A stretch of 64,000 nucleotides of DNA from an uncultured Acidobacteriota bacterium (lineage in GTDB: Bacteria; Acidobacteriota; UBA6911; RPQK01; JAPXNP01), in NCBI GenBank assembly GCA_963777605.1, contig CAVZRV010000028.1, positions 177,412-241,411 on the forward strand, read 5' to 3'. The notes under the pieces are model-generated. The model was not told the DNA's origin. It ran no database searches and saw nothing but the letters and a program-made list of their open reading frames with translations. Every line of letters starts with the position of its first letter. Position 1 is the first letter of the stretch. Position numbers and translations under genes: made by a program. Below are positions 1 to 10,578 of this stretch, piece after piece.

Positions 1-17
1 TTTCCCTGTCGGCCACC

Positions 18-1241
18 ATGGAGGAAATCGTCGTCAGTTCCGTTTTGGTGGGTGCCGTTGCTGGTGCGACTATCGGAGGTGCTCTGACTGGCCGCTTTGG
101 GCGGCGCACAATGATAATACTGGCCGGCCTCATCTTTACGGTCAGCGCCCTCGGCACGGCTCTGGCGCCAACGGTTGCGTGGTTGATTGCTGCCAGGATG
201 GTGAGCGGAATCGGCATCGGCATCGCTTCCTTTATCTCTCCCATGTACATTGCCGAGCTGGTGCCGGCGAGAGTTCGCGGTTCATTAGTGGCGGTAAACA
301 TGCTGGCGATTACCACCGGCATCGTGGTTGCCTACCTGGTGGACTATGCACTGTCCGGCATCGAGGGTTGGCGATATATGTTTGGTTTGGCGGCGATACC
401 ATCTATCGCTCTGGTCATTGGAATGTGGCGGCTACCCGACAGTCCGCGCTGGTTGATCAGCACGTCGAAGGTGGAACAGGCGCGGCGGGTTTTACAGCGC
501 GTAAGGACTGCATCAGACGTAAGTCCGGAAATCACTGACATCCAGCAAAGCATGGAAAAGCAGGGCCACGGCGGGGTTGCTGGGCTATTCCAGCTTTCAC
601 TTAGGATGCCTATGGTTGTCGGCTTGGGGCTGGCTGTATTTCAGCAGATAACCGGCATTAATACCGTCATCTATTACGCCCCGACCATTTTCAAGTTTGT
701 CGGCATTAAGGCCGCGGGTCCCGCAATCCTGGCTGGAGCGGGGTTGACCATGGTGATGTGGATTTTTCATGTGCTGGCCATCTTCCTGCTGGACCGGGTC
801 GGCCGGAGGCCTTTGTTACTGGTCGGAGTGGCTGGCCAGATTATTGGGCTGGCGATTTTGGGCGCGGCTTTCCAGTTCCAACAGTTGGCGATTTTCAAGA
901 GTTATGTCGCCATCGGCGGACTGGTGATCTACGTCGCGTGTTTCGCCTTTGGGCTCGGGCCGATCTTCTGGCTGTTGATTTCCGAGATCTATCCACTGAA
1001 GGTCCGCGGTGCAGCCATGAGCGCCGTGACGGTCACTAACTGGGTATTGAATCTGGTGGTGGCAGTGACTTTCCTGACCCTGGTCGGGGTTCTTGGGCAC
1101 GCTGGAACTTTCTGGTTATACGGTGTCATCGCGATCGGTGCCTGGGTCTTCTTTTATCTGCTGGTGCCGGAAACCAAGGGCAAAACGCTCGAACAGATTG
1201 AAGAGCACTGGCGGTCGGGAAAGCATCCACGGGCATTATGA
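18..1241 (+). CDS. Sugar porter family MFS transporter (5' end probably upstream of the window)
   Basis: Motifs GRFGRR, YIAEL..RG, PDSPRWL, FQQITGINTVIYYAPTIF, DRVGRRP and VPETKGKTLEQIE; the frame is open to the window start. Confidence 0.93.
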   Translation: MEEIVVSSVLVGAVAGATIGGALTGRFGRRTMIILAGLIFTVSALGTALAPTVAWLIAARMVSGIGIGIASFISPMYIAELVPARVRGSLVAVNMLAITTGIVVAYLVDYALSGIEGWRYMFGLAAIPSIALVIGMWRLPDSPRWLISTSKVEQARRVLQRVRTASDVSPEITDIQQSMEKQGHGGVAGLFQLSLRMPMVVGLGLAVFQQITGINTVIYYAPTIFKFVGIKAAGPAILAGAGLTMVMWIFHVLAIFLLDRVGRRPLLLVGVAGQIIGLAILGAAFQFQQLAIFKSYVAIGGLVIYVACFAFGLGPIFWLLISEIYPLKVRGAAMSAVTVTNWVLNLVVAVTFLTLVGVLGHAGTFWLYGVIAIGAWVFFYLLVPETKGKTLEQIEEHWRSGKHPRAL

Positions 1242-1260
1242 CAGCAAGAAGGAGAGTCCC

Positions 1261-2709
1261 ATGAAGCAGGTCCAATTTAGCTGCCGCCTGGCGGACAAGT
1301 CGGCGGCGTTACCGCATTTTTGGGAGCATACCGTTGGCAGTGGGCATGCCCCCTTGGCGCTCCGTGCAGACTGGCAGCAGCAGTTGCGGGAGTGCCATGA
1401 GCAACTTGGCTTTCATCATACTCGCTTTCACGGATTGCTGTCCGATGAAATGGGGACGCTTATGGACGAGCGCGATCAGTTGCTCTACTCATTCTTCAAC
1501 GCCGATCAAATCTGCGATTTCCTCCTGTCGATCGGGATGAAACCGTTCGTCGAACTGAGTTTCATGCCGTGGGCAATTTCTACCCGCAGCAAGACTGTGT
1601 TCCATTATGGCGCCAACGTGACGCCGCCCAAAGATTACGCCCAGTGGGCAAAGTTGATCTGCAAGCTGGCAACGCATTGGGTCGAGCGCTTCGGCATCGA
1701 CGAAGTCAGCACATGGTTCTTCGAAGTGTGGAACGAACCCAACCTCAAGGCATTCTGGACAGGCGCGCAAGCCGAATATTTCAAGCTCTATCGCTTCACC
1801 GCGCAGGCGATTAAAGAGGTGGATGACCGACTGCAGGTAGGCGGGCCCGCAACCGCGAATAACGAATGGATCACGGAGTTTTTGGATTTCTGCGAGAAGA
1901 ACAACGTGCCAGCGGATTTTGTCAGCACGCACCATTACCCCACCGACGCGCTCGGTACCATTGGCGAGGATACCGAGACGCAGCTTGCCCACAGCCAGCG
2001 GAGCATTCTGCGCGAATGGGCGCAAGCAACACACCGCAAGGCACGCGGAAAGCCGCTTTACTACACGGAATGGAACTCGTCCTCGAATCCGCGTGACCAC
2101 CTGCACGATGAGCCCTACACAGCGGCGGTCATCGTCAAGACCATGATGGAAGCCAGAGGGCTCGTGCAAGGCTACAGCTTCTGGTCGTTTACTGACATTT
2201 TCGAGGAAAACTACATGCCCGCGACCGCGTTCCAGGGCGGATTCGGTCTGCTCTCGCTGCAGGGGGTCGCCAAACCGTCTTACCGTGCCTTCGAGCTGTT
2301 GCACCGCCTCGGCGTCGATGAATTACCCGTAGACGGGGTGCACGAAACGGTGGATGTGTGGGTCGTGCGCGGTCGCGACGACGTTACGGTTCTGCTGACG
2401 AACCATGCACTGCCACGGCATCCGATTGAGAGCGAGTCTGTTCATGTCCACCTGACAGGCCTTCTGTCGCCGCGCAATGTCTTCATTGAGCGCATCGATG
2501 ACGATCACGCAAATGCGAAGCGCCTCTGGATTGAAATGGGTAAACCTGCGCTTCCCACGCCGCGCGAAGTCGAACAGTTGAAAGTGGCATCGCAAATCGT
2601 GCGCGAGCCGCTGCACTGGAAGTACGAAGCTGGCGCGCTCCACATGGATATTGCGATGCCACCGCAGGCAATCGCTGCCATCACGGTGGAACTGGCACCG
2701 AAGCCATAG
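1261..2709 (+). CDS. GH39 beta-xylosidase
   Basis: WFFEVWNEPN acid/base motif, YTEWN nucleophile motif, RFHGLL and DFVSTHHYP; AGGAG RBS before ATG 1261. Confidence 0.9.
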   Translation: MKQVQFSCRLADKSAALPHFWEHTVGSGHAPLALRADWQQQLRECHEQLGFHHTRFHGLLSDEMGTLMDERDQLLYSFFNADQICDFLLSIGMKPFVELSFMPWAISTRSKTVFHYGANVTPPKDYAQWAKLICKLATHWVERFGIDEVSTWFFEVWNEPNLKAFWTGAQAEYFKLYRFTAQAIKEVDDRLQVGGPATANNEWITEFLDFCEKNNVPADFVSTHHYPTDALGTIGEDTETQLAHSQRSILREWAQATHRKARGKPLYYTEWNSSSNPRDHLHDEPYTAAVIVKTMMEARGLVQGYSFWSFTDIFEENYMPATAFQGGFGLLSLQGVAKPSYRAFELLHRLGVDELPVDGVHETVDVWVVRGRDDVTVLLTNHALPRHPIESESVHVHLTGLLSPRNVFIERIDDDHANAKRLWIEMGKPALPTPREVEQLKVASQIVREPLHWKYEAGALHMDIAMPPQAIAAITVELAPKP

Positions 2710-2726
2710 AGCGGAGACTCTCAGTC

Positions 2727-4055
2727 ATGAGTGATCTAAACGTCAATTCCGAAGTGCTGGAGTCGTTGCAACGCGAGACATTCGACTACTTCGTTTACGA
2801 AGCGAACCCGCTTAACGGCTTGGTCGTCGACAAGACTCAAGCAGGAGCGCCGGCAAGTATTGCGGCCGTCGGGTTGGCCCTGTCGTGCTATCCCGTCGGG
2901 GTGGAGCACGGTTTTATCACTCGCACACAAGCAATCCAACGAACCCTGGCGACCTTGCGCTTTTTCCACAACAGCGTTCAGAGCACCGACCCCGATGTGA
3001 CCGGCTACAAGGGTTTCTATTACCACTTTCTCGACATGATCAGCGGAAAGCGCGCCTGGATGTGCGAGCTGTCCACGATCGATACCGCGTTTCTGCTGGC
3101 AGGCATGCTGATGGCAGCAGCATATTTCTCGGGCAGTACCGCCGACGAACGCGAAATCCGCATGCTCGCCGATGAGTTATACCTGCGAACTGATTGGGAG
3201 TGGGCCCAAAACGGCGGGTTGACTGTTACCCACGGATGGAAACCCGAGAGCGGATTCCTGCCGTACCGCTGGCAAGGGTATGACGAGGCGCTGTTTCTCT
3301 ATCTGCTCGCTCTCGGTTCGCCGACCCATCTGCTGCCGGACGAAAGTTATGTGCAGTGGACCTCCACATACGAATGGAGAAAGATTTACGACCACGAGTT
3401 CTTGTACTCTGGGCCGCTCTTTACACACCAGATTTCTCATCTCTGGATCGACTTTCGCGGAATCCAGGATGACTATATGCGCGGCAAGGGCATTGATTAT
3501 TACGAGAACAGCCGCCGCGCGACCTATGTCCAGCAGCAGTACGCGATTGACAACCCCGCTGAATTCGACGGCTACGGTGCAAACTGCTGGGGCATCACCG
3601 CGAGCGATGGTCCTGGGCCGGCGAAACGCATGATCAAGAGACACAAGCGGCAATTCTTTGGCTATCAAGCGCGCGGCGTGCCGGAGGGCCCCGACGACGG
3701 AAGCATCGCCCCTTGGGCGGTGGTCGCTTCACTCCCTTTTGCGCCCGAGATCGTGCTACCGGCGCTGCAGTACTTCGAGACGGTGAAATTGCGCACGAAA
3801 AACCAGTATGGCTTCAAAGCCACCTTCAACGCCACTTTTGCCGACAGCCCCGATCAGTCGCAATTGTGGGTATCCCCATTCAACTGTGGTCTCAACCAGG
3901 GACCAATCATCTTGATGATCGAGAATTACCACTCCGGCCTGCCCTGGCATCTCATGCGTCAATGTCCCTATCTTATCGCGGGGCTTCGCCGGGCCGGTTT
4001 TCGGGGTGGTTGGCTCGGGCAGAATGAACCAGGAGTAGTCCATGAAACCCACTAA
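2727..4055 (+). CDS. Glucoamylase-family (GH144-like) glycoside hydrolase
   Basis: SIAAVG.AL, GFYYHF, ELSTIDTAFL, GYDEAL, GPLFTHQ.SH and WGITASDGP motifs; no obvious signal peptide. Confidence 0.8.
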   Translation: MSDLNVNSEVLESLQRETFDYFVYEANPLNGLVVDKTQAGAPASIAAVGLALSCYPVGVEHGFITRTQAIQRTLATLRFFHNSVQSTDPDVTGYKGFYYHFLDMISGKRAWMCELSTIDTAFLLAGMLMAAAYFSGSTADEREIRMLADELYLRTDWEWAQNGGLTVTHGWKPESGFLPYRWQGYDEALFLYLLALGSPTHLLPDESYVQWTSTYEWRKIYDHEFLYSGPLFTHQISHLWIDFRGIQDDYMRGKGIDYYENSRRATYVQQQYAIDNPAEFDGYGANCWGITASDGPGPAKRMIKRHKRQFFGYQARGVPEGPDDGSIAPWAVVASLPFAPEIVLPALQYFETVKLRTKNQYGFKATFNATFADSPDQSQLWVSPFNCGLNQGPIILMIENYHSGLPWHLMRQCPYLIAGLRRAGFRGGWLGQNEPGVVHETH

Positions 4056-5235
4056 CCCCCACATCCTGACCATCAATGGCGGCTCGTCGAGCATCAAGTT
4101 CGCACTGTTTGAATCCGACGAGTCGTTGGCGCGGATACTTGAAGGACAGATTGAAGGGGTGGGCCTTCCACAGGGTAACTTCACGGTAAAAGGCTTGAAC
4201 AAGTCCGATGACCTTTCGCGACCCGTGGCGGCGGCGGACCACACCGTAGCGGTCGGGATGTTGATGGATTGGGTCGAAGAACGAACCGGGCGCGGTGCTT
4301 TGAGCGGGGTGGGCCATCGCGTGGTGCACGGCGGACCCAAGTACTTCGATCCGCAGCGGATCACGACCGAGATGGTTGCAGAGTTGCGTCAGCTCAGTCT
4401 ATTCGATCCTGAGCATCTGCCGGTGGAGATCCTGTTGACCGAGGCGTTTCATCGCCGGTTTCCCGACCTGCCCCAAGTGGCATGCTTCGACACGGCCTTT
4501 CACCATGACCTGCCGCGCGTAGCCCGGTTGTTGCCGATCCCGCGCCGCTACGAAGCGCAGGGAGTGCGGCGGTACGGCTTTCATGGCTTGTCCTACTCGT
4601 TTCTGATGGGAGAACTGACCCGTCTGGCCGGGCCGGAAGCGGCACAAGGCCGGGTCATCCTCGCGCATCTCGGCAATGGTGCGAGCCTGGCGGCGGTCCA
4701 TCGAGGCAGGCCCGTCGACACAAGCATGAGTTTCACCCCGACCGCCGGGGTGCCCATGAGCACCCGGTCCGGCGACCTCGATCCCGGACTGGTTTGGTAT
4801 CTGGCGCGCACCGAAAAGATGAATGCAAAGCAATTCAACGAGATGGTCAATTTCCAGTCGGGGCTGCTCGGCGTGTCGGAGACCAGTTCCGATATGCGTG
4901 ATTTGCTCGACCGTGAGACGCAGGACGTGCGGGCGGCTGAAGCGGTTGCGCTGTTTTGCTATCAGGTCAAGAAATGGATCGGCTCATTCGCGGCGGCGTT
5001 GGGCGGTCTGGACACGCTGGTTTTTGCTGGCGGCATCGGGGAGAACGCGTCCGCGGTCCGCTTCCGGATTTGCAGGGGGCTTGAATTCCTTGGAATCGAA
5101 CTCGAAGAAAAGCAAAACGCGGCGAATGAGGGAGTGATTTCCGCAAATGACAGCCGGGTCGCTGTCCGCGTCATTCGAACGGACGAGGAATGGATGATTG
5201 CGAACCTGGTCTGCCGTGTTTTGGGTCTTGACTAG
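4042..5235 (+). CDS. ackA: Acetate/propionate kinase
   Basis: ILTINGGSSSIKFALF, GHRVVHGG, FDTAFH, RRYGFHGLSY, HLGNGAS and FAGGIGEN motifs. Confidence 0.95.
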   Translation: MKPTNPHILTINGGSSSIKFALFESDESLARILEGQIEGVGLPQGNFTVKGLNKSDDLSRPVAAADHTVAVGMLMDWVEERTGRGALSGVGHRVVHGGPKYFDPQRITTEMVAELRQLSLFDPEHLPVEILLTEAFHRRFPDLPQVACFDTAFHHDLPRVARLLPIPRRYEAQGVRRYGFHGLSYSFLMGELTRLAGPEAAQGRVILAHLGNGASLAAVHRGRPVDTSMSFTPTAGVPMSTRSGDLDPGLVWYLARTEKMNAKQFNEMVNFQSGLLGVSETSSDMRDLLDRETQDVRAAEAVALFCYQVKKWIGSFAAALGGLDTLVFAGGIGENASAVRFRICRGLEFLGIELEEKQNAANEGVISANDSRVAVRVIRTDEEWMIANLVCRVLGLD

Positions 5236-5253
5236 GAACAGGAGAGATTAACC

Positions 5254-7626
5254 ATGACGACAACAACCCTTTCGCCGGAACTGCTCCATAAGATGGACGC
5301 CTACTGGCGCGCCGCCAACTATCTGTCGGTCGGCCAGATTTTTCTTTACGACAATCCCTTGCTGAAGCGGCCGCTGAGCCTCGCGGACGTGAAGCACATG
5401 CTGCTGGGGCACTGGGGCACGACCCCCGGGCAGAACTTCATATACGTGCATTTAAACCGGGTCATCAAGAAATACGACCTCGACATGATCTACGTCTCCG
5501 GCCCCGGGCACGGCGGCCCGGCCGTCGTGGGCAATACGTACCTCGAGGGCACTTACAGCGAAATCTATCCCGAGATCAGCCAGGACGAGGCGGGACTGCA
5601 GAAATTGTTCAAGCAGTTTTCCTTTCCCGGCGGCATTCCCAGCCACGTGTCGCCGGAATGCCCGGGATCGATCCACGAGGGCGGCGAACTGGGCTACTCG
5701 CTCAGCCATTCGTTCGGAGCGGTATTCGACAATCCGAATCTCCTCGTCGCCTGTTGCGTGGGCGACGGCGAGGCGGAAACCGGACCGCTGGCCACCTCGT
5801 GGCAGTCCAACAAGTTTCTTGATCCGATAACCGATGGCGCCGTGCTGCCCATCCTGCACCTCAACGGCTACAAGATCGCCAACCCGACCATCCTCGCGCG
5901 CGATTGAGCCGGAGGAACTGGACCAGTTCCTCCGCGGTAACGGATGGACGCCTTATTACGTCGAAGGACACGAGCCGGCGCTGATGCACGAGGCCATGGC
6001 GTCAACGCTCGACATGGTGGTGGAGGAGATCAAACACATCCACCACGAAGCCCGCGTTGGCGGCAACACGATGCGCCCGCGCTGGCCCATGATCGTCCTC
6101 AAATCCCCAAAAGGCTGGACGGGCCCGAAATGGGTGGATGGACTGCAAATCGAAGGCACGTTCCGCGCGCATCAGGTTCCACTTGCCGATCGGATGCTGC
6201 CCATCCCGAACACCTCAAACTGCTGGAGGACTGGCTCAAGAGCTACCGGGCGGAGGAACTCTTCGACGAGCACGGCCGACTGAAACCGGAACTGGCCGAA
6301 CTCGCGCCCAGAGGAGAACGCCGCATGGGAGCAAATCCCCACGCCAACGGCGGCCTGCTGCTCCGCGACCTGGTCATGCCGGATTTTCGTAACTATGCGG
6401 TGAACGTGCCGTCACCCGGATCGGTTCGCGCAGCCGATGCGCACGAACTCGGCGTGTTCCTGCGCGATGTGGCCGAACTCAATCGAGAGCAACGCAACTT
6501 TCGCATCTTCGGCCCCGACGAAACGCTTTCCAACCGCCTGGGCGCCGTGTTCGAGGTGACCAACCGCCAGTGGGACGCGCGGACGCGGGACAACGATGAG
6601 TTCCTCGCTCTGAACGGCCGCGTCATGGAGATGCTGAGCGAGCATCAGTGCGAGGGCTGGCTCGAAGGCTATCTGCTGACCGGCCGACACGGACTTTTCA
6701 ATTGCTACGAGGCGTTCATCCACATCATTGACTCGATGTTCAACCAGCACGCCAAGTGGCTGAAAGTCACGGCCGGACTGCCATGGCGGCGGAAGATCGC
6801 CTCGTTGAACTACCTGCTGGCCTCCCACGTCTGGCAGCAGATGCATAACGGTTTCACGCATCAGGATCCCGGTTTCATTGATCACGTTGTGAACAAGAAA
6901 GCTTCTGTCGTGCGCGTCTATCTGCCGCCGGATGCCAACTGCCTGCTGTCGGTCTTTGATCACTGTTTGCGCAGCCGGCATTACGTCAACGTCGTGGTCG
7001 CCGGTAAATATATGGCGCCGCAATGGCTGACCATGGACGACGCCGTCAAGCATTGCACCGAGGGCATCGGCATCTGGGAGTGGGCGGGCAACGAGACAGG
7101 CACCGAACCCGATGTGGTCATGGCCTGTTGTGGCGACGTGCCCACGCTGGAGACGCTGGCCGCAGTCTCCATCCTTCGCGAGCATCTCCCCGACCTGAAG
7201 GTTCGCGTGGTCAACGTCGTCGACCTTTTCAAACTGGAGCCGCAGAGCGAACACCCGCACGGCCTGAGTGACAAGGATTTCGACGCGCTCTTCACCAAGG
7301 ACAAGCACGTCATTTTCGCCTTTCACGGCTACCCGTGGTTGATCCACCGCCTGACGTATCGACGCACGAACCACGACAACATTCACGTCCGCGGTTACAA
7401 GGAAGAGGGCACTATCACTACCCCCTTCGACATGACCGTGCTGAACGACCTGGATCGCTTCCACCTGGTGATGGACACCATCGACCGCCTCCCGCAAACC
7501 GGAGACAGGGGCATCGACCTGAAGCAGCAGCTCGAGGACAAGCTGATCGAGCACAAGCAGTACATCGACAAGCACGGCCAGGACATGCCGGAAATCCGGA
7601 ACTGGAAGTGGAGCACCCCCAAATGA
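5254..7626 (+). CDS. xfp: Xylulose-5P/fructose-6P phosphoketolase, split by two single-base frameshifts (~5902, ~6191)
   Basis: [21 protein letters not shown] and GDGEAETGP in ORF 5254; [13 protein letters not shown] and HQVP in ORF 5834; [15 protein letters not shown] and [10 protein letters not shown] in ORF 5944. Confidence 0.93.
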
Positions 7627-7717
7627 ATGTACCAGGCGCAAATGAGCAGCGTACTTCCAGAAGTCTATCCAGCCCGGATCTGTCGGCCCAGGATAAGAGC
7701 CTCCACGCTGAATGCTG

Positions 7718-7755
7718 TGAGCAATTTTGACCACATTTCCGAGCAATTGTGACCT
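7718..7755 (+). promoter_or_regulatory. Tandem palindromic operator, copy 1
   Basis: TGAGCA-ATTT-TGACCA, 6 nt, CGAGCA-ATTG-TGACCT; TATACA at 7777-7782. Confidence 0.75.
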
Positions 7756-7858
7756 GAATCACAAAACGCCGTGCAGTATACAACGAGTGGAGCTTGATTG
7801 CCGCCCGCGGATTATACTCGTCTCAAGGCGGCCCAACGAGCTGATCGAGAGAGACGCT

Positions 7859-8071
7859 ATGCAAGAGCGAAGGGATGTCAGGAAGTTCTACGGGAGCCTT
7901 TCCGATTCGGAACTTATCTCTGTCTGGGCTTTGGGCAGGGACAGGGAAGACGATGTGGTGATGGCCGATGCCGAAGCTGAACTGGCCAGGCGGGGAACCC
8001 GGAGCGATGACCCCGAGGTTCGGCTCCGGACTCCGCGAGAATCAGTCGCCAGGACAAGAAGCCGCACCTGA
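7859..8071 (+). CDS. Small hypothetical protein (70 aa)
   Basis: ATG 7859 lies downstream of operator copy 1; the ORF ends inside a 30-bp palindrome; no recognised family. Confidence 0.45.
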   Translation: MQERRDVRKFYGSLSDSELISVWALGRDREDDVVMADAEAELARRGTRSDDPEVRLRTPRESVARTRSRT

Positions 8072-8089
8072 GGATCCTCAGGTGCGGCT
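8060..8089. terminator. Perfect 30-bp palindrome between convergent ORFs; probable bidirectional terminator
   Basis: AGCCGCACCTGAGGA/TCCTCAGGTGCGGCT. Confidence 0.55.
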
Positions 8090-8148
8090 CTCCGGCAAGG
8101 CAGGGATCGCTCGGGGAGGCTTTTGTCCCTGCTGCTCTCTGCAGACGG

Positions 8149-8340
8149 TTAAGTCCCCACACGGAGCCCGCTGAGGGAACTCAAAAAGCCGAAAACGCTG
8201 AGAAGCCACAGAACCACGCCAATGACTACCACCGCATTGAGGATTCTCTTGATTGTGCCCTGCATCGGGATGAACGTGTTTACCAACCAAAGTAGAACGC
8301 CGATTACAACCAGAATCATGACGAGTTGAAGTAAAGGCAT
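8149..8340 (-). CDS. Small two-TM membrane protein (Thivi_2564-like)
   Basis: VIGVLLWLVNTFIPMQGTIKRILNAVVVIGVVLWLLSVFG pattern; GGAGG RBS. Confidence 0.8.
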   Translation of the reverse strand: MPLLQLVMILVVIGVLLWLVNTFIPMQGTIKRILNAVVVIGVVLWLLSVFGFLSSLSGLRVGT

Positions 8341-8359
8341 GATGACCCTCCATTGTGTT

Positions 8360-8385
8360 GGGAGCGGGCCGCGACGGCCGCTCCC
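8360..8385 (-). terminator. GC-rich hairpin between the DUF3185-like and Thivi_2564-like genes
   Basis: GGGAGCGG(G)CCG-CGA-CGGCCGCTCCC; no U-tract. Confidence 0.35.
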
Positions 8386-8445
8386 GGTTTAGCACTGATA
8401 AAATAAAGCCTCAATGAGATTCGCCTTGTAACGGAAACCGCGCTA

Positions 8446-8673
8446 TTACAAAGCTCTTCGCTTCATTCCCACGACGAGCAGCGCAACTCCGCCGAGCAGG
8501 GCGAGTCCTCCGAGGATGGGCGGAACGGGAATGCGTTGCTGCGTTTCCGTCGTGGCTTGCAGCGGTCCGATATCAATCACCTTTTCCGTGCGTGTGTAAT
8601 TGATGCCCTGATAGGCGAGGGCCAGTGCACCAAGCACGATCAATACAATTCCAATCCACATAGTCGGTTTCAT
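8446..8673 (-). CDS. Small membrane protein (DUF3185-like)
   Basis: GIVLIVLGALALAYQGINYT..KVIDIGPLQAT...IPVPPILGG. Confidence 0.75.
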   Translation of the reverse strand: MKPTMWIGIVLIVLGALALAYQGINYTRTEKVIDIGPLQATTETQQRIPVPPILGGLALLGGVALLVVGMKRRAL

Positions 8674-8731
8674 TGCTTATATCTCCGTGGCCGGGCGATC
8701 TCTCTTCAGGATCGACTCCGGCCTTTCAAAG

Positions 8732-8760
8732 CCAGGCCGACGGGATTCCCATCGGCCTGG
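8732..8760 (-). terminator. Hairpin directly after the M48 peptidase stop codon
   Basis: CCAGGCCGA(C)GGG-ATT-CCC(A)TCGGCCTGG followed by CTTTG on the minus strand. Confidence 0.5.
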
Positions 8761-8763
8761 TAT

Positions 8764-10509
8764 TCATTGTCGAAAGCGAACTGAACGAAGCATGTTCTGA
8801 AATGTACTCTCATAATTCTTGAAGTCGCGATCGGGTGCGACGAACACCATGAAAAGCAGGCCTTCCGGTCGCTGAATCGTGACCAGCCAATTCGTTTCGC
8901 GACCTCCCAGCGGCGAGTCGTTGGTCAGATAGGTGGACTCAGCCCCCAGCCCGTCGATGCGGAAGTAATCAGGCTGGCTGACAATTCGCATCCCGGGATT
9001 GGAGTGGCTGAGTTCTTCAATCAAACCGCTCGTGGCTTCTTCGAGGCGTTGCTGTTCCTGCTGGTTCCCCCGGGAGGTTGCTCTCGAAGGCAGCCCGTAG
9101 CCTTCGGGTTGAAGCTGCTGACGGCCGCTGCGGTTAATGAGTGGCTCATAAATGTTCACGATGACGCCGTAAGCCAGGGCCTGGTTGCCCCGCCCGTCGT
9201 TGACCATGCCCCGATCGGGTACGATCGTGACGGTCACATCTCCCTGTCCGTACGCCTGCCAATTGTCCGGGTGATCGATACGGAAAGTGGCGTTTTCGAA
9301 ACTTCTCGAGCGATTTGAAGGCTGGTCAGGCTGAGTGTTGCCCTGTGGGTTGTTTCCTGACTGCTGCTGCTCGGTCGGAATCGAGATCCACTGATGTTCC
9401 TGAACCACCACGTCGTAGGTTCCGCCGCCCCACTGGTACCTGAGAAGAAGCGCTTTCGGCTCACTGATGGGATCACCGCCCATCGACGAGTTGGTCACCT
9501 GGAGGTTCAGGCGGCCGTCCTGCACCAGAGACTGCATGCGCTGGCCGACGTCGATGTATTTGTTCTTCGCACCGTAGCTTGCGCCCACGATCCGTAATTC
9601 CGATGTGGCGGGCGTGTTCCCCCGGGCGTTTCCCGTGCCGCTATTTGCCGGAGGCCCCGCGAGCGCCTGTTCGTACCGCTTGATGTCCTGGAAGTCCCGC
9701 GAATCGGTCTTCGCATTTCGCCGCATACCGCCGAGGTTGGCAATTTCCTCGTCCACACGCCCTTCGCGGTTCTCCGGGTTGGGGTGACTGGAGAAGAAGG
9801 CCGGCATCTGCCCGCCCTGGCTTTCCGCCTCAATCTTCTGGAAGAATTGGGCCATGGCCTGCGGGTTGTAGCCGGAATCGTAGAGGATTTGGGTGCCCAG
9901 AACATCGGCCTGGGTCTCAGCATCCCGTGAGTACTTCAGCAAGAGCGAGTCGGCCGCGAATCCTGCACCGAGTTGTGCCAGTATTGCAGCCGTCGAGTTG
10001 CTGCCCAGTGCACCTCCCAGGATGGCCAGCGGCACCTGAGCGATATAGGCTTTCGAGGCCTGGTTGGTGCCGTGGCGGAGCGCCACGTGGGCGATCTCGT
10101 GCGCGATCACGCCGGCGAGTTGCGCTTCATTATCGGCAGCGTCGAGCACCCCTCGGTTGACGTAAAGAAAACCCCCGGGCAACGCGAAAGCATTAATGGA
10201 CCGGTCGTTGACGACTTTGAACTGATAGGGATACTTCTCACCCGGGGCGTGGGCCGCCAGTTTCCGCCCCAGGTTGTCCACGTACTTGTCTACTTTTGAG
10301 TTGTTGAGCATCGGCTGCTGCTGCTCAGCCTCGACAGAGGTCTGCTGGCCCATTTCGACATCCTGCTGCACGGAAAACATGTTCCAACCGGGCTTCAGTT
10401 GCGTCCGGTCCGCCCAAACGAGCGGAGCCAGGAAAAGCATCAGCGCGGCCGCGAGCACTATTGAATGTTGCGTTGTTTTGCTGTTATTCACTGTTTGTTT
10501 CCTGTTCAT
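8764..10509 (-). CDS. Exported M48 family metallopeptidase with an internal DUF3395-like domain and a C-terminal domain
   Basis: Signal peptide; INAFALPGG, AHEIAH (HExxH), YSRDAETQAD and SSHP motifs. Confidence 0.9.
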   Translation of the reverse strand: MNRKQTVNNSKTTQHSIVLAAALMLFLAPLVWADRTQLKPGWNMFSVQQDVEMGQQTSVEAEQQQPMLNNSKVDKYVDNLGRKLAAHAPGEKYPYQFKVVNDRSINAFALPGGFLYVNRGVLDAADNEAQLAGVIAHEIAHVALRHGTNQASKAYIAQVPLAILGGALGSNSTAAILAQLGAGFAADSLLLKYSRDAETQADVLGTQILYDSGYNPQAMAQFFQKIEAESQGGQMPAFFSSHPNPENREGRVDEEIANLGGMRRNAKTDSRDFQDIKRYEQALAGPPANSGTGNARGNTPATSELRIVGASYGAKNKYIDVGQRMQSLVQDGRLNLQVTNSSMGGDPISEPKALLLRYQWGGGTYDVVVQEHQWISIPTEQQQSGNNPQGNTQPDQPSNRSRSFENATFRIDHPDNWQAYGQGDVTVTIVPDRGMVNDGRGNQALAYGVIVNIYEPLINRSGRQQLQPEGYGLPSRATSRGNQQEQQRLEEATSGLIEELSHSNPGMRIVSQPDYFRIDGLGAESTYLTNDSPLGGRETNWLVTIQRPEGLLFMVFVAPDRDFKNYESTFQNMLRSVRFRQ

Positions 10510-10578
10510 TCCCGGCTCCTTCGAATTTCTCCGTGTAATGACGAAGCGGACTGCGAGAGGCGCTTATCCCACACGCCA

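Noticed and set aside
5900-6195. Programmed frameshifting in xfp (and in atpG or the RND gene)
   Set aside because: No slippery heptamer at the shift sites, and many similar indels occur across unrelated genes.
6412-7746. Long antisense ORFs (also 25214-26257, 26041-27033, 46731-47762, 49928-50866)
   Set aside because: Shadow frames of well-supported GC-rich genes with no recognisable motifs.
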